The notes under the pieces were generated by a model. The model was not told where the DNA came from, did not search any database, and saw only the letters and a program-made list of their open reading frames with translations. Source: Oligoflexia bacterium (GTDB lineage Bacteria; Bdellovibrionota; Bdellovibrionia; JABDDW01). Taken from it: a DNA stretch of 10,121 bases. The DNA lies in assembly GCA_043732305.1 (NCBI GenBank), contig JAYTHU010000176.1, positions 1 through 10,121 of the forward strand, given 5' to 3'. The position numbers were made by a program, and so were the translations under genes. Below are positions 6,443 to 10,121 of the stretch, piece after piece. Every line of letters begins with the position of its first letter. Within the stretch, counting starts at the first letter, position 1.

Positions 6443-9400
6443 TGTCACTCTCCGAACTCTCCATTCGGCGGCCGGTTTTTGCGTGGATGCTGATGGCCGC
6501 TCTGATTATTTTTGGTTTTCTCTGTTTCAATCGACTAGGTGTGAGCCAACTTCCTGATGTCGATTTTCCGATTGTCAGTGTTTCTGTTTCACTCAACGGT
6601 GCCGCGCCGGAGGTGATGGAAAGTCAAGTCATCGATCCCATCGAAGATGCGGTCATGCAAATTGATGGCATTAGAAATGTCACATCCAATGCGCAGCAAA
6701 GTTCCGGAAACGTTACCATTGAATTTGAACTCGATCGGAATATTGATGAAGCGATGCAAGAAGTGCAGAGCCGGATTCAACAGGTGAGTAACATCATGCC
6801 GGTGAATTTACTTCCACCGACAGTGCGAAAAAGCAATCCCGAGGATCAGCCTATTTTATGGATTGCGGTTGCGACTGATGGAACCGTTCCTCTGATGGAC
6901 ACCATGATTTACGCTCGTAATTATCTTTACAATCAGTTTGGGACAATCCCGGGAGTTGGCGATATTGCGCTTGGTGGTTATGTCGATCCTTCACTCAGAG
7001 TTTGGGTGGATCAAGAAAAATTGAGAAAAGCAAATCTCACCGTCGATGATGTGACTACCGCGATCACCAATGAGCACGTGGAAATTCCTGGCGGTCGTAT
7101 AGAAAATAGCACTAAAGAATTTAACGTGCGCCTCATGGGTGAAGCTGCTACCCCGAAAGATTTCGGAAAAATTATTATCCAAAATCGCAACGGATTGGGT
7201 GCTAATTACAAACCGCTGCAGCTTTATCAATTTGCCAAGATAGAGGAAGCCACAGCGGATGTCAGAAAGATCGCGCGTTTTAATCGGCAACCTGCTGTTG
7301 CTCTGGGAATTCTTAAACAACATGGATCAAATGCGGTGGAAGTTGCTGACGCCGTCAAAAGGAAACTCGCCGAACTTATCCCCACAATTCCCAAGCAGTA
7401 CAAACTCTCTATCAGATCTGACCAAACAAGATTTATTAAGCAATCAGTGCATGAATTAAATTTTATGCTGATACTTTCAGCCTTGCTTACGTCGTTAGTT
7501 TGTTATCTGTTTCTGGGCTCTTGGACTTCCACCATGAATGTGCTGATGGCTATTCCTACTTCTATTGTAGGAACTTTCATGGCTATTTATTTCTTTGGTT
7601 TCACTCTCAATACTTTTACCCTCTTGGGTCTGAGTTTGGCGATTGGGATCGTGGTTGACGATGCGATCATGATGTTGGAAAACATCGTTCGCCACCGAGA
7701 AATGGGCAAGAGTAAAAGAAAAGCGGCCATCAGCGGTTCAAAAGAAATTACTTTTGCAGCACTGGCCTCAACTATTGCAGTAGTTGCGATTTTTCTTCCC
7801 GTCATTTTCATGAAGGGTGTTATTGGAAAATATTTTTACCAATATGGAGTGACTGTTTCGGTTGCCGTGTTGCTGTCTTTACTTGAGGCATTGACTCTCA
7901 CACCTATGCGTTGTTCTCGGTATCTACAGGTCGCTCATAGCGCTAAGGGCTTGGCAGGCTTTGTGAACAAACTTTTTAAAAAGTTAGAAGCCGGATACTC
8001 TTGGACTTTGAAACATCTTTTAGAACGGCGGTGGACAACACTTTTGGCGGCGTTCGCCGTGTTCATTGCAACTATTTTTGTCGCCAAATGGTTGCCTTCG
8101 GAAATGCTACCTGCGCAAGATCAATCAAATATTTTTCTTAGAGTAAAGGCCCCGGTTGGATCGTCTTTAGATTTCACCAATGGAAAAATCAAGGTCATTG
8201 AAGATTATCTTTCAACAATTCCAGAGGTTGAGGGAATTTTTGCGATGGTGGGGGGATTTGGCGGGGATGCCGTCAACCAAGGAAACGTAAATATCACTTT
8301 GGTGGATCGAGATAAGAGAAAAATTTCCCAATTCGATCTAATGAAAAAAATAAAAGCCGAGCTCAAACTTAAAGATACTCTCAAGGGCATTCAAGTGAAT
8401 GCTCAAGACACGTCTTTGCGTGGATTTGCAACTGGACGGGGATTTCCAGTAGAGTTTGTGGTGCGTGGTCCTGATTGGGAAAAATTATCTGCCGCCGCAG
8501 ATGCTATGATGGAAGCGATGAAAAAGACCGGCGTGATGGCCGATGTGAACACGGACATTCAAGCCAATATGCCCGAAGTCAGAATATTTCCCAATCGAGA
8601 AAAGTTAGCAAGATACGGTGTGACTTTGAGCACTGTGACAACGGCCGTGAGTTCACTGATTGGCGGAGCTATCTTGAATGGGCAAACTGAATATGCCAAA
8701 GAAGGTCATCGGTACGCGATCGAAGTGCGATCCATTGCCACCCAACGTGATAAAGCAAAGCAGCTTGATGTCATCATGGTCAGAAATAATATTGGCGAGA
8801 CAATTCCTCTTTCACGTTTGGTTGATCTGAAAGAAGACAAAAGCTTGATGCTCATTTCACGACTAAATCGCGAGCGGGCGATCACAGTTTACGCAAATCC
8901 CGCCCCGGGACACAATCAGCAAGAGGCTCTAAAATTAGTGGAAGAACTTGGAAAAAAAGTTTTGCCGCCCGGCTACAGCGTGAAAATGTCGGGCTCCGCG
9001 CAAAGTTTCAAAGAATCTTTTCAAAGTTTAATTTTTGCGTTGCTTCTTGGATTAGTTGTTTCCTACATGGTGCTTGCTTCACAATTTGATAGTTTCTTGC
9101 ATCCTATTATTGTTTTGCTCGCTCTTCCATTTAGTTTCTCTGGTGCATTTCTGGGACTATATCTCTTTCATCAATCGATAAACATTTATAGTTTGATTGG
9201 ATTAATTCTGCTTTTGGGAATCGTTAAAAAGAATTCCATCTTGCTTGTGGATTTTACCAATCACTGTCGCAATGTTGATAAAATGACAGTGCAAGACGCG
9301 CTGAAAAAAGCGGGCGTTGTGAGGCTTAGACCTATTCTTATGACATCAGTTGCGACTATTGCGGGTGCATTGCCTGAAGCTTTGTCTTTCGGGCCTGGTG

Positions 9401-9531
9401 CTGAAACCACTGTTCCTATGGCGATTGCAATTATTGGCGGCGTGATCATGTCGACCGTACTGACACTTTTTGTGGTGCCTTGTGCTTACAGTTTATTTTC
9501 GAAATTAGAAATGCCTGATCCTCTGAATTGA
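6442..9531 (+). CDS. RND efflux transporter permease subunit, AcrB/AcrD/AcrF (HAE1) family, copy 2 (1029 aa)
   Basis: Its ATG overlaps the upstream stop in TAATG (6440-6444), with SD GAGGT at 6428-6432. It carries the same intact GIVVDDAI, GIVKKNSILLVDF and RLRPILMTS motifs. It is a collinear paralogue of copy 1, with 40 of the first 60 residues identical by hand count. Confidence 0.97.
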   Translation: MSLSELSIRRPVFAWMLMAALIIFGFLCFNRLGVSQLPDVDFPIVSVSVSLNGAAPEVMESQVIDPIEDAVMQIDGIRNVTSNAQQSSGNVTIEFELDRNIDEAMQEVQSRIQQVSNIMPVNLLPPTVRKSNPEDQPILWIAVATDGTVPLMDTMIYARNYLYNQFGTIPGVGDIALGGYVDPSLRVWVDQEKLRKANLTVDDVTTAITNEHVEIPGGRIENSTKEFNVRLMGEAATPKDFGKIIIQNRNGLGANYKPLQLYQFAKIEEATADVRKIARFNRQPAVALGILKQHGSNAVEVADAVKRKLAELIPTIPKQYKLSIRSDQTRFIKQSVHELNFMLILSALLTSLVCYLFLGSWTSTMNVLMAIPTSIVGTFMAIYFFGFTLNTFTLLGLSLAIGIVVDDAIMMLENIVRHREMGKSKRKAAISGSKEITFAALASTIAVVAIFLPVIFMKGVIGKYFYQYGVTVSVAVLLSLLEALTLTPMRCSRYLQVAHSAKGLAGFVNKLFKKLEAGYSWTLKHLLERRWTTLLAAFAVFIATIFVAKWLPSEMLPAQDQSNIFLRVKAPVGSSLDFTNGKIKVIEDYLSTIPEVEGIFAMVGGFGGDAVNQGNVNITLVDRDKRKISQFDLMKKIKAELKLKDTLKGIQVNAQDTSLRGFATGRGFPVEFVVRGPDWEKLSAAADAMMEAMKKTGVMADVNTDIQANMPEVRIFPNREKLARYGVTLSTVTTAVSSLIGGAILNGQTEYAKEGHRYAIEVRSIATQRDKAKQLDVIMVRNNIGETIPLSRLVDLKEDKSLMLISRLNRERAITVYANPAPGHNQQEALKLVEELGKKVLPPGYSVKMSGSAQSFKESFQSLIFALLLGLVVSYMVLASQFDSFLHPIIVLLALPFSFSGAFLGLYLFHQSINIYSLIGLILLLGIVKKNSILLVDFTNHCRNVDKMTVQDALKKAGVVRLRPILMTSVATIAGALPEALSFGPGAETTVPMAIAIIGGVIMSTVLTLFVVPCAYSLFSKLEMPDPLN

Positions 9532-9540
9532 ACCTGAGAA

Positions 9541-9975
9541 TTAGCCCACTCGCAGTTTGATTAATTTTTCGACGTCGGGACGGCAAGTGCCGCAGCCAGA
9601 TCCTGCTGTTGACCACGATCGAATTTTTTCGGGCGTGTGTGCCCCGAGCACAATAAGTTTGTCGATGACTGTTCGATTGATTTTTCGGCAGTGACAAATT
9701 TCTTCGTCAACGTAAGGAACATTTTGTCCGGTGATTTTTTCAATCACCTCGCGTAGCATGAGCTCGCTGGTTGATTTATTTTTAATGGGCATAGAGAGTT
9801 TGTCGAATGTCTGGCCGGAAATTTCTCGAGCCAAATTGTCTGAAGCCAAAAGCAATGCCGTTCCACCTTGAGCATGCCATTCGACATGACTGATCACACC
9901 GTCTTTGACGGTGAGCTCAAACTCCACCCATTCCCGGTGGGGAATTTCTGATTTAGCTTTAAGGGTCTTTTCCAT
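9541..9975 (-). CDS. BFD-like [2Fe-2S]-binding protein with a degenerate N-terminal IscU/NifU-N-like domain (144 aa)
   Basis: The C-terminal EEICHCRKI...STAGSGCGTCRPDVEKLI matches the BFD-like CxC...GxxCGxC motif. The N-terminal VEFELTVKDGVISHVEWHAQGGTALLLAS...ISGQT follows the IscU/NifU-N pattern. ATG start with GAGAG upstream. Confidence 0.85.
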   Translation of the reverse strand: MEKTLKAKSEIPHREWVEFELTVKDGVISHVEWHAQGGTALLLASDNLAREISGQTFDKLSMPIKNKSTSELMLREVIEKITGQNVPYVDEEICHCRKINRTVIDKLIVLGAHTPEKIRSWSTAGSGCGTCRPDVEKLIKLRVG

Positions 9976-10033
9976 AGCTTTCTCTCGGTGGAAATCACGT
10001 AAAACTTAAGTCGGTGTTATTCCGCTGTCGGGT

Positions 10034-10120
10034 CTAGTACTTTGTAACAAAAGTGTCGTAAGTTCCTTGAGAGTTTCCTGAACAATTTGCGGAAACGCCG
10101 CCGCAAGAAGGCATGTTTCC
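10034..10120 (-). CDS. Probable 3' end of an upstream gene, possibly an SBBP-type beta-propeller repeat protein
   Basis: A minus-strand frame open from the window edge reads GNMPSCGGVSANCSGNSQGTYDTFVTKY*. The GN....GxxDxFVTKY pattern resembles SBBP repeat blades. Only 28 codons are visible, and the other two minus frames are also open over this stretch. Confidence 0.4.
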   Translation of the reverse strand, partial: GNMPSCGGVSANCSGNSQGTYDTFVTKY

Positions 10121-10121
10121 G

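Noticed and set aside
8250..8255. G6 homopolymer as a slipped-strand phase-variation tract
   Set aside because: It is too short and is explained by Val-Gly-Gly codons. The reading frame is intact.
3317..9531. Assigning gene symbols mdtB/mdtC, acrB or cusA/czcA
   Set aside because: Family membership is clear, but orthology cannot be established by eye. There is no mdtA, and the motifs are HAE1-type rather than heavy-metal type.
3572..9743. Many 60-167 aa ORFs overlapping the RND and BFD-like genes, including the similar pairs 6139-6360 and 9261-9449
   Set aside because: They are shadow ORFs. Their mutual similarity only mirrors the paralogy of the sense-strand RND genes.
1..10121. CRISPR arrays, tRNA/rRNA genes, integrases, transposases or defence systems
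   Set aside because: No regularly spaced repeats, RNA gene signatures or matching protein motifs were seen. Almost all of the window is explained by the listed coding regions.

Overview
Bacterial chromosomal window, roughly 43% GC by eye. The protein families suggest Bdellovibrionota, but this is inference. Left to right it holds: a 5'-truncated, secreted, cysteine-rich HExxH (M48-like) zinc metallopeptidase followed by a strong intrinsic terminator; a 635-aa uncharacterised protein on the minus strand with a signal peptide and a likely C-terminal outer-membrane beta-barrel; a 201-bp divergent control region; two translationally coupled, paralogous AcrB-family (HAE1) RND permeases with no adjacent periplasmic adaptor or TolC gene; a convergent protein fusing a Cys-less IscU/NifU-N-like domain to a BFD-like [2Fe-2S] domain; and the probable 3' end of another minus-strand gene. 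The most striking non-coding signal is a perfect 12-bp inverted repeat (3129-3140 and 3279-3290). It brackets a near-consensus sigma70 promoter and leaves both ribosome-binding sites outside. That is the geometry expected of an invertible promoter switching between the outer-membrane protein and the RND pair, although a shared operator or leader motif fits equally well.
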